64,000 nucleotides of DNA from Felis catus (Eukaryota), in contig NC_058368.1 of assembly GCF_018350175.1 (NCBI RefSeq), positions 169,944,001 to 170,008,000 of the forward strand, in the 5' to 3' direction. Both the position numbers and the translations under genes were made by a program. How positions within the stretch are numbered: the first letter of the stretch is position 1; every line of letters starts with the position of its first letter. The notes beneath the pieces are model-generated. The model saw only the letters and a program-made list of their open reading frames with translations, had not been told where the DNA came from and did not search any database. Of the stretch, positions 37,802 through 50,956 are shown piece by piece.

Positions 37802-38829
37802 AAAAATGATTTCTTTAACATGTAACTAAAAATGTAACTTATCCTGAATCATAGAAAATAATATTACAATGTCAAAATGGCAGAGCACTATGGTTACAGT
37901 CAAAGATGCCTCCCAGGGAATCCAAGTTTGGAGAGAGAATGGACAAGATGTAGGAAATCTCAGTTTTGCTTTCTCAGAAGTTTCTTGAATGCACCTCCCC
38001 TTTATCTAACATATTAGATCTCGAGATGGCTAACCAAGGGCATCTTTGCTTATTTAGCAACCACATCCCACTCCTACATTGATGAACCAACTGGTGGTGT
38101 AATTGGTCAACCTATGACACTGACTGGTTTAGCTGAGAGGAAGAGCCAGGCATGCAATCTCACAGCTTTGAGGAATCAGATCATCCCAGGTGATAGAATC
38201 TGTCTACCCTTTACACCTCTTTTTTCCATTTCTGCCTGTCTTCTTCTCTTTAGACTGTTTCTGGGAGTAGCAGTTGGGATACATGTAATAAGTTTGTCCA
38301 ATAACTTCAGACTGGCTGGAGTTAGGACTGATGGTAATCCCTGACCCTTCCTCAGATTCTTTTTATGCTCCCTGGGTCAGCAGCAGTAAACTCCTATAGT
38401 ACTTTGTTCCTGTCCTCTTTGTCTCATGTCTCCTTTTTCGTGATGATGGCAGAAATGAATTCCTTTTGCAAGTTTTAAGTGTTTGAGTTCTTCTGAAGAA
38501 CCTCATTTTAAAGGCACTTTCTATGTTAAGGACATATTAAATTCTGAGCCTCAATTTCCTCATTGGAAAAATGTAAGAGTTTAGCCATTAACATAGTGTT
38601 TGGTCATCAATACAAGTCAATAATAATAAAATAGTAACTACCAGTATCCTTATTACTATTAATTATATTAAGAATTTTGATACAGAAATGTTTTTCTTGT
38701 GAAAGATTCCAAAATCTTTCTACCACATACAAAAGTAAATATGCTCAGCCTGCAGAATTAGCAGCTTTTTAGCCTACATTCCCCAAAACATCTTATATTA
38801 GCAGAACCTATTTCTTCAATGCATTTATC

Positions 38830-38991
38830 CCAATGTATTATATTGTAAGTACTTGTTTTTAGGTCCTGCTCTTTTATTGGATTTTGAGTTCTTCAAGGAC
38901 AAATGCCATGACTTAATTCACTTCTGTATCCTCAGGTGCCCAGTGCAGTGCCTGGTACTCAGTAGGTGTTCAGAAAATGCTTGTTGAATGA
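38830..38991 (+). mobile_element. L2 3' end
   Basis: tgagttcttcaaggaca...ctgtatcc...cagtgcctggtactcagtaggtgttcagaaaatgcttgttgaatga. Confidence 0.82.
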
Positions 38992-40784
38992 GAAGTTCTC
39001 AGGCTTAAGAAGATAGTGGGTAGTCATGGCACCTAACACAAGTGTCTCCTGTTTAAGAACCACAGACAGTCTGGACTTTGAGTTTGGGTTTTCCACATTA
39101 CCAAGGAATGATAATCAGCTTTGTCCTCCTCCTCCTCCCTGCCTTATAACTCATGCTGCTATGGGTTAGAATCCCTGGCAGGGATAAGGCAAAGAGCTAC
39201 TCAGGCAAACTTGGCAAAGTGCTATATATTTGGATAATAGGCCTATTCAGGTTTGGTGTTTGTGTTTGTTTCTTTGTTTAATGAGTCCATCCGGCATTTT
39301 TTTTTTCTCTTTATTGGAGTCCGATAGTTGCAGAACTTTCTTTTTTTCTGGTTTCATTTTACTCTCTTCTGTTATAAACGCATAGAGAGATCAACTTAGT
39401 TGGGAACTTATATTAATCTGGTATTCTACAGCTATGTGGCCATTTGCTACGGAGGGAATTGTTTGCAAGAATTATTTTTAGCATTCAGAGGTTTCTGCAT
39501 AGATACCATACACAGGCCTTTTGGTTTAATAGTGATTTTTAAGAAGGCACAACTGACCTATGCATTCATCCAATAAATATTTGTTATGGTTCCAGTAAAT
39601 TAGGCCAAGATTTTCCTCTACAGTTACTTTTGAAGATAAAGCACCAGGTAAGCAGAAAAGCTTCCTGGTCTCTAGAGCTTTAGCAGATATTTAATTCTCT
39701 TTTGCAGAATGGAATCAGCCAATGTTACAAATCAGACTCCCAGAATCCATCAGTGGTTACAACCTAGGGCCTTGGCAGGTAGGAGTGGGTTACACTGGAT
39801 GATGTGAGGAGAAAAAAAGCAATTGTTGCCCTCTGTACCATACACGCTCTACCCCAAATGCATTTATGCTCATCTTACTGATTTGGTAGCTGGACTCAAA
39901 CAGAGCCTGCCCACTTTGATTTGCTCCTTTCTCTTAATGATTTCCAAAGGTAACAGGAGAATTGCAAATAAAGGAACAAATGAGGAAAAGAATATACACC
40001 CAAAGTAGTTTTTAAACAATTCATCTGGAAAGCTTATGCACAGCTGCCTACGCTTCTGAAGGCCATTACCAGTTCCTGGAAGGATAATATCCCCACTTCC
40101 TGTTCACTGCATTTATCTTCTCTGCTTGGCAGGAGAAAACCATTCTGCTTTGCCTTGCAGGAGATCAGGGACCAATTTTCATCTCACCTGCTTTCATCTG
40201 AGCTCATACCACCACCTAGTAGGGCGCTGGGCATGTAGTGTTCAGTAAATATTTGTATGCTTTACTCAGTGGTGCTATTTTCCTCTGTACTAATCAAAAC
40301 AAGACAAAGTCATTTGAGTCTGAGATATCTGGTCTGTTTAGAAACAGTGGCTAGGAGGATTCCAGGCACCTTTAGTAGAACAGCACACTATACCAGGTCA
40401 CAGCCATTTTTTCACATTAGGTGTGACGCTAGCCCCCCAAATCAATACACGTGCTCTGATGTTTACCATTCCCTAATGACTACTGGAAGTGCTTTGTAAA
40501 GAGTAGAGTGACTCATTAGGTTCCAGTCCTGACTCTGTGTGACCTCAGAAAAATTACTCAACTTTGTTGGACATTTATTCTTTATCTGTACAACAAGAAG
40601 GTTGTGATAGATCGTTTCTAAGATTAGAATGGCTGAGATTTTCTCTGGGTACCAATACCACTCTTCTGGAATGCCCTGCCTGGAGCACTGCCACATTATG
40701 GATCAAAAAAAAAGGAATATGTGGGTTGTATATGATTTCTGCTGTCCAGGTGGAATGGTGACTTTGTAGATTGAATGTTACACA

Positions 40785-40995
40785 TATACTAGCTGTGTTC
40801 TGACTCTTATTAGCTGTGTGGCCAAGGACAAGTTGCTAAATTGGTTTTCTCATCTCTAAAGGAGCATAACATTAGTACCTAAATTGTGGAGTTGTGATGA
40901 GATTTAGATATGGTGAAACATACAAAGCATTTGGAAGAGTGACTAAGACATGGTATACACTCAGTAAATGTTGGCTATTATTATTGCTGTTGTTA
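40785..40995 (+). mobile_element. MIR
   Basis: ttattagctgtgtggccaaggacaagttgctaaa...ttttctcatctctaaa...gttgtgatgagattta...actcagtaaatgttggctattatt. Confidence 0.8.
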
Positions 40996-41271
40996 ATGTT
41001 ACATTTCAGTTATATACTTAAGATCTCTTTTAGCTCGGATATTTAATTATAAGCCAGTACTTGCACTTGATGAAAAATACTGGGCCAGCCTTAAGGTATG
41101 CATTAGAAGATGTGATTTTTGGATAATCTGTTAAATGTATTAGTGATTTACCACTAGGGGTCAGGAGCAATCAATCTTCATAGGAGGTTGCAGCTAGGTT
41201 AATCCTAATCCTACATCCAGTGGACTGTCAGTGATGATACATGCAACTGGGGTTTGTTCTTATTTTTGCTT

Positions 41272-42040
41272 TTCATTTATTTACCAATTCATAAAATATA
41301 CAATTAGTGAATATCTACTATGTGCCAAACACTGTTGTAGATACTGGAGATAGAGTGATAATTAAAACAGATAGGAATTAAAGTCTTCAAGAACAGGAGT
41401 CTTGAAGACCTTAATTCTAGTGGGGCAACAGACAATACATAAGTAAACAAAGAAAAAGGTCAGTCTCAGATAGTGATAGGTGCTATGATGGCAGTAAAAC
41501 CATCGTATGGTAGGGAATACTTTACATTGGATGGTCAGGAAAAGCTACCATGGGAACAAATATTTGAGCTGAGTTCTCATTCATTAGTAGGAATCCGCTA
41601 CCTGAGGGCATGAGGAAGATTATTCAGTGGGAACAGCATGTGTGAAGGCCTTCTTGCAGGAGCTCTGTGTAATCAAGGAACATAAAGAAGCCCGGTGTGG
41701 TTGGAAGAGAGTTAGTACAGAGAAGAAGGGTAAGGGCTGAGTTGGGGAGTTAAATACAGACCAGATGGTTTGGGGCATTAAAGGTCCTGGTTAGAAATTT
41801 AGATTTTGTTCCAAATGTATTGAGAAGCCATCTGAATGTTATAAACAGGGAAGCGACACAATCTGATACACATTTTTAAAACATCATTCTGGTTTCTCTG
41901 TGACAAATGGATTTTTGCAAATGAAACTGAAATCGGGTTAACCAGTTGCCACTAATCCAGGTAAAAGCAGAAAGGGCTTGGAAGGTGAAGAGAATAGACA
42001 GATTTGGGATATGTTTCAGAGGTGGAGGTCGAAAGATTTG
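41272..42040 (-). mobile_element. L2 fragment
   Basis: tgaatatctactatgtgccaaacactgttgtagatactggagatagag...tggtcaggaaa...tttgagctgag...gagaagcca...aaacagggaagcgacacaatctga. Confidence 0.82.
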
Positions 42041-42649
42041 CTTCCAAAAGTGTTTTAATATCTTAGGTGACATTTTTCTCACATCTGAAAACTTCTTAAA
42101 AATCTGCATGCCCACCATTTCCTCAGGTATCTTCATTAGTCTGTAAGAATTCTGCTTGGGGTTCTCAAAGCCTGAATGCATTTATGCCACTTTTCTGAGT
42201 ATTCATCTTGAGAAAAAAAATTGTTGCTCCCATGCAACTCACACACTCACAAACTGAATCAATAGGCCCTGTCAAAATAAATGTCATGGCTTGGGCTCTT
42301 AGAGATGTCTCTATGGCATTTATTTATTTATTTGTTTATTTATTTATTTATCATGAAATAAATTACTGGAAGTTCACAGCAAGTGATTAAATGCCCATTA
42401 AACCCTCACTTGTTATAAAGAGAGGGAATATGAATGAACCTGAATTCTTAAACCAAAGAGATCTTAAAGCGTGCAGCATTGCACCTCTTTGGGTGGCTAT
42501 ATGTGTGGGGCCTCCTTGCTTCCTGTCTTCCTTTAGAGTACAGGAGATTGAACTAGTCAATTTACAATGACTAACTTCTCCCACAGAGACTTTAATCCTA
42601 GTATCTCCCTTGCTGTGCCTGTGTCCCTGCTGCATTTTTGTCTATTAAG

Positions 42650-42707
42650 TTTTTAATTTTAATTCCAGAATAGTTAACATACAGTGTTATGTTAGTTTCA
42701 GGTGTAC
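42650..42707 (-). mobile_element. Very short carnivore L1 3' end
   Basis: ttaattccagaatagttaacatacagtgttatgttagtttcaggtgtac, nearly the same as the L1 terminus at ~12997-13045. Confidence 0.8.
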
Positions 42708-43009
42708 CTTATTTTCAAGACAGGTTGTCTTCGATTCCTCCCATCCCGGAGGACGGACTGGGAGCTCATCAAATGCCTTTGCTTCCATTCAAATGAGTGA
42801 TGCAAGTCTGTTTTTATTGACCTTTCTTATCTGGTCACTTTCACATTTACGTGCAGACATGTTTTCCAGCAGAGTTTGACTTTCACTGTGGGTAAAAGTT
42901 TGGCTGTTCATTTATGAAGTGTAGAATATAAAATATAATTGATCAGCTAATCAGTATGTGGATCACTTGGATCTTTACATTTATTTTTAAAATTCCTAAC
43001 CTTTCTTCT

Positions 43010-43490
43010 CTATTGTAAGCAGAAAGGACATTTATTGGAAACATAACAGGTAGCTTTTAGAATACAAGGAAAGACTAAGAGATTTAGAGAATGAGCATAT
43101 CTGAGGTCAGATGGGGGTGAGAACTACCGCCAAGATCATAGTGTGCGAGAGCTGCCTGCACTGCTCCTACTGCTGGTCCGACACCACCACCCCGCCTCGC
43201 TGCTCCAGCACCCCTAGACGCCAGGTGATCCTGCCGATGCCCACGTTTCCATAGGTAGAGCTGCCACTGTTTTCCAGATGCCAGTGCTCCTCTCCCTTGC
43301 TGCCTCTGTCACAACCAGACTGAGTTCTGGACCATTCCTAGGCCTCTGTGTCACTGCCTCCAGATTCAAAGTCCTATGAAGCTGTGGCCCATTGGAAGCC
43401 ATGGGACTATGTGCCCAGGCTCAGCTGGCAGGTATCAGGAGAGTTAAACTGGTACTTTTGGCTTCTCTGGTCAGAGGCAGCACTCTACAT
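43010..43490. mobile_element. Possible ancient ERVL/MaLR LTR relic
   Basis: aagcagaaaggacatttattggaa...ggtagc motif followed by a GC-richer ctgccactg block; family not resolved. Confidence 0.35.
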
Positions 43491-43644
43491 TTTAGTCTTT
43501 AATTCTGGGCTGTATATATTTAATTCTGGGCTGTATAAGATGTGTATATATATATATATATCTTAGAGATTCCTTTGGTGAAAGTCTGTTGGGAGTAATT
43601 TGTTTAGTGTATGACAAACTTAAGTGTCTATATTTCTCTCTTTT

Positions 43645-43972
43645 TCCGACAGTTTGATATCTAACTGACATAATAAACTGCATGCATTTGAAGTATGAAG
43701 TTTGATATGTTTTGAAATACATATATACCTGTGAAATCATAACGACAGTCAAGAGGGTGTATATATTCGTCACTTTCAAAAGTCTTCTACTGCCTTTCCC
43801 TGAGTCCTCCAAAGCAACTATAGGTTAGTTGGAACTTTCTAAAACCATGTGAAAATGCAGTCACACGGTATGTATTATTGTTTTATATCTGACTTCTTTC
43901 ACTCAGTGTAATTATTTCAGGTTCATCCATGTTGTATGTACCAACAGTTCTTTCTACTGCTGCGTAGTATTC

Positions 43973-44009
<37 letters not shown>

Positions 44010-44297
44010 ACAATTTGTCCACTCACCATTTTATGGATGTTTGGTTATGTCTAGTTTTGGGCTATTACAAATAACATCTATCAATATTTGTGTACAAGTT
44101 TTTGCGTACACATGTGCTTTTATTTCTCTTAAAAAATACCTAGGAATGGAATGTCTGGGTCCTATTTTAGGTACATGTTTAACCTTTTAAGAAACTGCAA
44201 AATATTTTCCAAAGCATTTGTATCATTTTACTACCAGCAGTGCTGGGAGCAGTTCCAGTTGCTCCAGATCATCCCCAACTTTTGATATGGTCAGAAA
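43645..44297 (-). mobile_element. Old L1 (L1MB/MC-like) 3' fragment with (TG)n at ~43975-44007
   Basis: taactgacataataaactgcatgcatttgaagt...ttcatccatgttgta...atacctaggaatggaat. Confidence 0.8.
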
Positions 44298-44378
44298 TTG
44301 ACATAGTCTCTCACATATTTACAGTTCATGATCCAGTGGAAAGGAGAACATGTACTTTCTAATGCCATATATAAAATA

Positions 44379-44861
44379 CAGTAGCGCCCCCCACCTGTCT
44401 GTGGAGGATATGTTCCAAGACCTCCAGTGGATACCTAAAACTGTAGATAGTATACTGAACCTTATATATACTATGCTTTTTCCTAAACACACATCCCTGT
44501 GGTAAAATTGAATTTATAAATTAAGCACAGTAAGAGACTAACAAAAATAACTTATAATAAAATAGAACAATTATAATAATATTAGGTAAGTGTGGTCTTT
44601 CCCTCTCAAAATATCATATTGACCTCTACTCACCCTTCTTCTTGTAATGATGTGAGATGATAAAATGAAATGAGGTTTAATGGCATAATTTGTCATAACT
44701 GTAGGCTACTGTTGACCTTCTGACAATACACAAGGAGGTATGAAGGAGGATCATTCGCTTCTGGACCATGGTTAACTATAGGTAACTGCAACCATGGAAA
44801 GTGAAATAATGGTTTTGCATTCTGCAGATAAGGTGGGGAGGGGGATTGGGAGGGGCTACTG
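44379..44861 (+). mobile_element. MER44/Tigger7-type non-autonomous DNA transposon
   Basis: TA TSD on both sides (44377-44378, 44862-44863); termini cagtag...ctactg; internal ttccaagacctccagtggatacctaaaac...aatttataaattaagcacagtaagaga. Confidence 0.88.
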
Positions 44862-46031
44862 TACTAGGAAATCATACTATCAGTGTGCCAAGCATTATCC
44901 TATGATGTTTTGTCCAAGAGAAGAGAGATATCGTAATTTGAAGTTTCAACAAAGAAAACAATAGATGTCTTGAGTTTAAGGAGCACAGAAAATGAGTGAA
45001 AACCTAGTAACATTTCCAATAAATCTTATGAATGATACACAGGGTAGACAGTGTAATTCTGGCTTTCTGTGTCCACAGGGATCAAGACAGGAAGGGGAAT
45101 AGTGGTTCAAGATAAAAGACCTGGAGTATATAGTGCTACCACTAAGGAACCTCTGTGCTGACCCAGCAGTACTCAGTGTGAGGTAATAAATGAGTCCTAG
45201 AATAATTCTCTAAGTCAAGGGGGAAAAAAACCAATACAGTGGCTTTTTAGTATACCATTAAAGCTTAAAAGCGCCTATTGGAAGTCCATACTTTATCACT
45301 TAACTGATAACTATTACTTATGGTTAAAAGATTCTATCAGTGAATCATATATATAACATGGAAAATACTAAGTTCAAGAGGTATTCCATTACTGCCAAAT
45401 GAAAATACCCCTCGTCTAAGTTTTCAAAAATGTTCTGTGTCATCTCTATATATTCAATATTTGTGTTTAGGCCTGGTGCTCCTTCAAGAAGGTGCTGAAC
45501 TGGTGGAGATATACTTGATATATAGTTTCCTTAGTACAATCAAAGATGGTAGTGATTTGGTTAATATTCAGACAGAAATGTAGATGGTTATTTTGAGGTA
45601 GCAACTTATCTTCTGCCTCTTTAAAGTCTAATTTTTCTTTGTATTTTTACCTTCGGTATGGACATGACATTTTAATAGTGGTAAGAATGATATGATATAA
45701 TTACGGGTTGCTGACGCCTTACAGAAATAAAGTCCATTGCATGATGGAGTATAGATTGGTATGAGATACTGATGCCTCTCCAGTGTTTCAGAACATAGAC
45801 CAATTAAATTGTTTTCATCTCTTATAAGGCTTTGAGTAATTATCTCATGAAACTTATATGAAATTATAGCTATTTTAAATAAGTACTTGGTTGAGAGGAA
45901 GTATGGATGTTTGAGTTCTGAAACAAAGGTGAGAAACATCATTTGGCAACATTTCAAATGTCTGGCTTGACAGTGAAATGTTTATTCATCAGCTCTACCT
46001 TACCTACCTGGTTTCTCTCTATCTAATTAAA

Positions 46032-46245
46032 AAAATTTTTTTAATGTTTATTTATTTACTTTTGAGAGACAGAGAGAGAGCAAAAATTGGGGAGGGACCG
46101 AGAGAGAGGGAGATACAGAATTCTTAACAGACTCCAGGCTCTGAGCTGTCAGCACAGAGCCTGACACAGGGCTCAAACCCAGACCTTGAGATCATGACCC
46201 AAGCTGAAGTCGAACACTTAACTGACTGAGCCACCCAGGAGCCCC
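46032..46245 (-). mobile_element. Can-SINE
   Basis: TSD tctctctatctaattaaa (46014-46031) / tctctctatctcattaaa (46247-46264). Confidence 0.95.
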
Positions 46246-47084
46246 ATCTCTCTATCTCATTAAATTGCTGTGATAGATTCCCTTTCTGGTTAGAAGTCTT
46301 ACCTGCAAATGTAAGCATTGCTACCACACTCTCTCAGGTGTAAACTCTCCTTAAAACTAGGCATATGGGCCTTGGCTTTCATTGCCCATCCTTTCATTCC
46401 AAAATCCCAAGGCCAGTGTTCCATCACATGACTGAAATAGTCTTTAATTCCAAGTGCCAAGTGGCATGGTTCTATGAGGACCACAGGTACTGAAAGATGA
46501 AGCCATTTTATTTTATATACTCTGAACTTGCCTGATTGATTCTCTCATATTCATTGCATAAAATCAGGATGGCTTCTTTGTTCTAAACTGTAGGCTACAC
46601 TGAACCAGAAAAGAAAGATCAGAAACAGAAAATATTCTGAAAATGGGTTTCCTAAAGGAAAACTCTATAACTGCAATTATCAGGAAGCTTCTAGGAATCT
46701 CAGCAATCCCTTTGGGAACTCATGGGAAAAGTGGTACTTCTAAACATATCCATCCCAGGAACATTGGTAAGCAAAGTCTTTAAAGTAGATGCGCCAGGAG
46801 TGAATTTTCTCAGTGAACACCATTAGTAGATCATGGAAATTTTCCATATAAAAGTTCAACATTGCAATGGTATATTTCTCTCATTCATTTCATTGAATAA
46901 CTGGGGGTTCTTATTTTCTTTATGACACAGTGACAGAGCTAAATATTTGCTAAGGGTATATATACTCAAAAGTATTTTTACAACTAGGGAAGTAGAAAAA
47001 AAGGTAGGAAAAAAATCATACAATGACTAGTACTAGTGAAGACAAGATAAAAACAATCAATAGATAAACAGAGAACAGAGTTAT

Positions 47085-47215
47085 TGCCGTGTGACAAGGA
47101 AAGAACCAGACTATGACTCATGACATCTGGGTGGGCCTTCATGCTCTGCTAGTTTTTTCTGGAGTGGATTTAGGCAAATCAAGTAATCTTTCTGGACATT
47201 CCTCACATATAAAAT
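47085..47215 (+). mobile_element. MIR fragment
   Basis: ggaaagaacc...gctctgcta...taggcaaatca..taatctttctggac..ttcctcacatataaaat. Confidence 0.55.
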
Positions 47216-47329
47216 TGCACTGTTCAACCAACATTATGGGATTAGTTTTTTTCATGTAATCATATTTCTGAAGGCAGAGATGATACAAAGTGAGGTTCTT
47301 TTACATTTTAGTTCCCATTCCATTTCTTA

Positions 47330-47835
47330 TATGAATTACCAGTAACTTTCTATATCCTGGGAGGTACGTTCATCCAGTTTGCTCCTATTATGACGTTCCC
47401 CAAAAGACATTACAGATACAGGTGACAGTCACTGTTTTTTGGCTAGGTGGACATATTTTGAATCTTCTCCATTTTCATCTTTATGATATTCTAGGAAACT
47501 ACATTTTCTTCCTCAGCTTCCTCCACAGAGGTAGTCATGTTCTTCAATTCTGAATAATGAAATGTAACCGAAAGTTTAATGGAGTTACCTGGGGAAGTTT
47601 CTCTTTCCTGCTTGTGTTTTCTTCTCCCCTCTTATCGCTCTTTCAAATATTCCATATGATGATTCCATCTGTTTCCTGAGGAGACCATCTTGTTTCATGT
47701 TGAGCCACTGAACCTACCAAAAACCACCTCCTTCCAAACTTCCAGTTGTATGTAACAGACAAGTAACCTCGCCTGATTTTATACTGCTGTAAATTAGATT
47801 TTACGTTGCTTGTATTTTAATGTAACCCTGATACA
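47330..47835 (+). mobile_element. Old MaLR LTR (MLT1I/J/K-like)
   Basis: 3' end tgagccactgaa...aacttccagttgtatgta...tagattttacgttgcttgta...ccctgataca; 5' boundary uncertain. Confidence 0.55.
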
Positions 47836-48074
47836 GCACACCGTGAAGTAATATACATATAAAACTTCGTCATTATCTAAGGATAATTGGTGCTGAAAAG
47901 ACCACTTAAGGTGAAACCATATAAAGCAGGACCATCAACATCATAGTGAATAGAGATAAAGTATTTAATTGGAATTTTATCTTAGAAAATGAAACTAAAA
48001 TTGGTGAAAATGATTTAATGAATACCTAACATTTAAGTTATAATTATGACTACAGGCAATGATACCATTATGAT

Positions 48075-50215
48075 TTTTTGAAACAGTTTTACCAAGGTAT
48101 AACTGATATGTCACAAAATTTACCTATTAGTAGGTTCACACGGTTGTACAATTATAACCATAATTCTATTCAGAGCACTTCTATCACCCTAAAATTTTCC
48201 TGCATGCATGTTTTTTAGTCAGTCTCCACTCTTGCCTTCAACTACAATCATTAATTAGATTTCTATGTTTATAGAATATACATCATATTCAATCATGTGT
48301 GAATGATTGAATCATATACAATCTTGTGTGAATGACTTCTTTCATTTAGCATAGTGTTTTGACATATATTCATGTTGTTTCATGAATAAGTAACTTGATC
48401 TTTTGCTGAATAGCAATCCATTATTTGGATATACTACATTTTGTTTATCCATTCATAGATATTTGAATTGTTTCATAGATATTTGAATTGTTTCCTTATT
48501 TGAGTTATAATGAAAAATGCTGCTATAAACATTGGTGAACAAATCTTTGGGTAGACATAAATTTTCATTTTTCTTGGGTAAATACTGAGAAGTGAAATCA
48601 TTGGGTAACATGGTAAGTATATGCTCAACAATTTAAAAACCTGCCCATTTTCCCAAGTGACCCTACCAATTTGCATTTCCACCAGCAATGGATGAATGTT
48701 CTGGTTTCTCCTCATGTTGCCCAACACTTGTGATTGTCTTTTTGTTTATGGCCATTCTAGACATAGAATGTCTAAATGTTGTCTCATTGTGGTCTTAATT
48801 TTCATTTTCGTAATGTCTGAAAAGTTGAGAAACTTTTCATGAATTATTGTCCATATGTATGTAAATTTTCCCCCACTTTAAAATTGATTTTTTCTATATT
48901 ATTGCATTGTAAGACTTATTTATATTTTCATACAAGATACACAGCAATTTTTTATATATATGACTTGAAAATATTTTCCTCTCATTCTGTGGCTTGTCTG
49001 TTCATTTCATTAATGATGTCTTTTGCAGAGCCTATTTTAAAATAATGTCAAATTGGGGCGCCTGGGTGGCGCAGTCGGTTAAGCATCCGACTTCAGCCAG
49101 GTCACGATCTCGCGGTCCGTGAGTTCGAGCCCCGCGTCGGGCTCTGGGCTGATGGCTCAGAGCCTGGAGCCTGTTTCTGATTCTGTGTCTCCCTCTCTCT
49201 CTGCCCCTCCCCCATTCATGCTCTGTCTCTCTCTGTCCCAAAAAGAAATAAACGTTGGAAAAAAAAAATTTTTTTTTTAAAATAAAAAAAAAATAATGTC
49301 AAATTTATCAATTTTTTTATGATTAAACTTTTAGTGTTATAATTAGAAATATTTATCTAACCTAAATTCACAAGGATTTTCTCCAATACTTTATTCTAAA
49401 AGATATATAGTTTTAGTTTTTCACTTAAGTCTAAGATTCATTTTGAGCTTATTTTTGTGTGTTATATGAAGCAAGGACTTAAGTTTTTTGTTTAAAAATA
49501 TGGCTATCCTGTTGCTCCAGCAGTTCTTTGAAGAGTTTTCCCATGCATTTCCTCACCACCTTTGCAAAAATAAATTATTCATAAATCTGAGGATACATTT
49601 CTGGACATTTACTTCTGTTTCATTGATGTAGATGTCTGATCTGATGCCACAATTACCTGATATCAGGTAGCATAGCATGTCTTCCAATTTTGTTATTTTT
49701 CAAAATTTTTTTGGCTAGTCTAGGTCTTTTGCATTTCCACATAAATTTTAGAAATAGTTTGTCAATTTCTTCAAGAAAGCATGATGGCATTTTGACAAGG
49801 ATTGAATTCAATTATATAGATTTATTTGGGGAGAACTGTCATCTTAAAAACATTTGGTCTTCCTCTTCTCAAATACGTTATGTTTCTCAATTTATATAAA
49901 TCTTTAAAAATTTCTCTCAGCAATGTTTTATAGTTTTCAATGTGTAGGTTTCATACTTTTTTTGTTAAATTTTTTTTCCTAAGCATTTTAACATTTTGGT
50001 GTTATTTTAAATGTAATTTTCTTGATTGTACTTTTGGAGTTTTCTTTCCTAGTATATAGAAATTTAATATGCATTGATCTTGTATCTTGATATTTTCTTA
50101 AATTTGGTTATGGACTCTAGCAGATTTTGTGTGAATTTATATTGGATATTCTATATACAATATCACATTGTTTATGAATGATAACAGTTTTATATTTTCC
50201 TTTTCAAAACGTATG
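48075..50215 (-). mobile_element. Old 5'-truncated L1 (L1MB/MC-like)
   Basis: 3' end aacagttttaccaaggtataactgata; ORF2 C-terminal remnants (track 48473-48727); interrupted by a SINE. Confidence 0.85.
49055..49289 (+). mobile_element. Young cat-type Can-SINE
   Basis: Perfect TSD aaaataatgtcaaatt (49039-49054 / 49290-49305). Confidence 0.97.
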
Positions 50216-50249
50216 CCTAGAACTCCTTTCATATCTGCCCTTTGAAAAC

Positions 50250-50670
50250 CCTGTAGCATCATCTCTGTCCGCTCCATTTTTATTCATTACTCTCCAGCCA
50301 CACTGACCTTTCTATCCTGAAGCTCATCTGCTATCATTTCTGTCTTAGGGCACTTGCACAAGTTACTCCTTTCCCTGCAACACTCTTCACCAAAATATTT
50401 CATTATTTCTATCATTCATGTTTCAAATCAAACATCATCACATCAAAGAACTTTCCTGGCCACGCTACAAAAGTGTCTAATGCTACAACCATTCTGTATC
50501 ATTCTGTAATTATTGAGAGCACTTACAATTCCTCCAGCATCTTATTTATCTTTTTACATATTTATTTTCTCACCCACAGTCCTCAACTTGAACGTATTTT
50601 CCTGAAGGACAGTGACCTTGTCCATAACTTCCACTGCTTGATTCCAAGAATACTGCTTGTCTCACAGAAA
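50250..50670 (+). mobile_element. L2 fragment
   Basis: ctctccagccacactgaccttt...cttagggcacttgcaca...tcaaatcaaacatcatc...tcctgaaggacagtgaccttgtc. Confidence 0.72.
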
Positions 50671-50733
50671 GTGTATTTTTTTCTTTTTCTTTTTATTCCA
50701 AGATTGATGGGATTAAAGAAAAAGAGAGAAAAC

Positions 50734-50956
50734 CTTTTTTTACACTTTTTTTTTAACGTTTATTTCTTTTTGGGACAGAGAGAGACAGAGCATGAATGGG
50801 GGAGGGGCAGAGAGAGAGGGAGACACAGAATCGGAAACAGGCTCCAGGCTCTGAGCCATCAGCCCAGAGCCCCACGCGGGGCTCGAACTCACGGACCGCG
50901 AGATCGTGACCTGGCTGAAGTCGGACACTTAACCGACTGCGCCACCCAGGCGCCCC
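50734..50956 (-). mobile_element. Young cat-type Can-SINE
   Basis: Perfect TSD gaaaaagagagaaaac (50718-50733 / 50957-50972). Confidence 0.97.
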
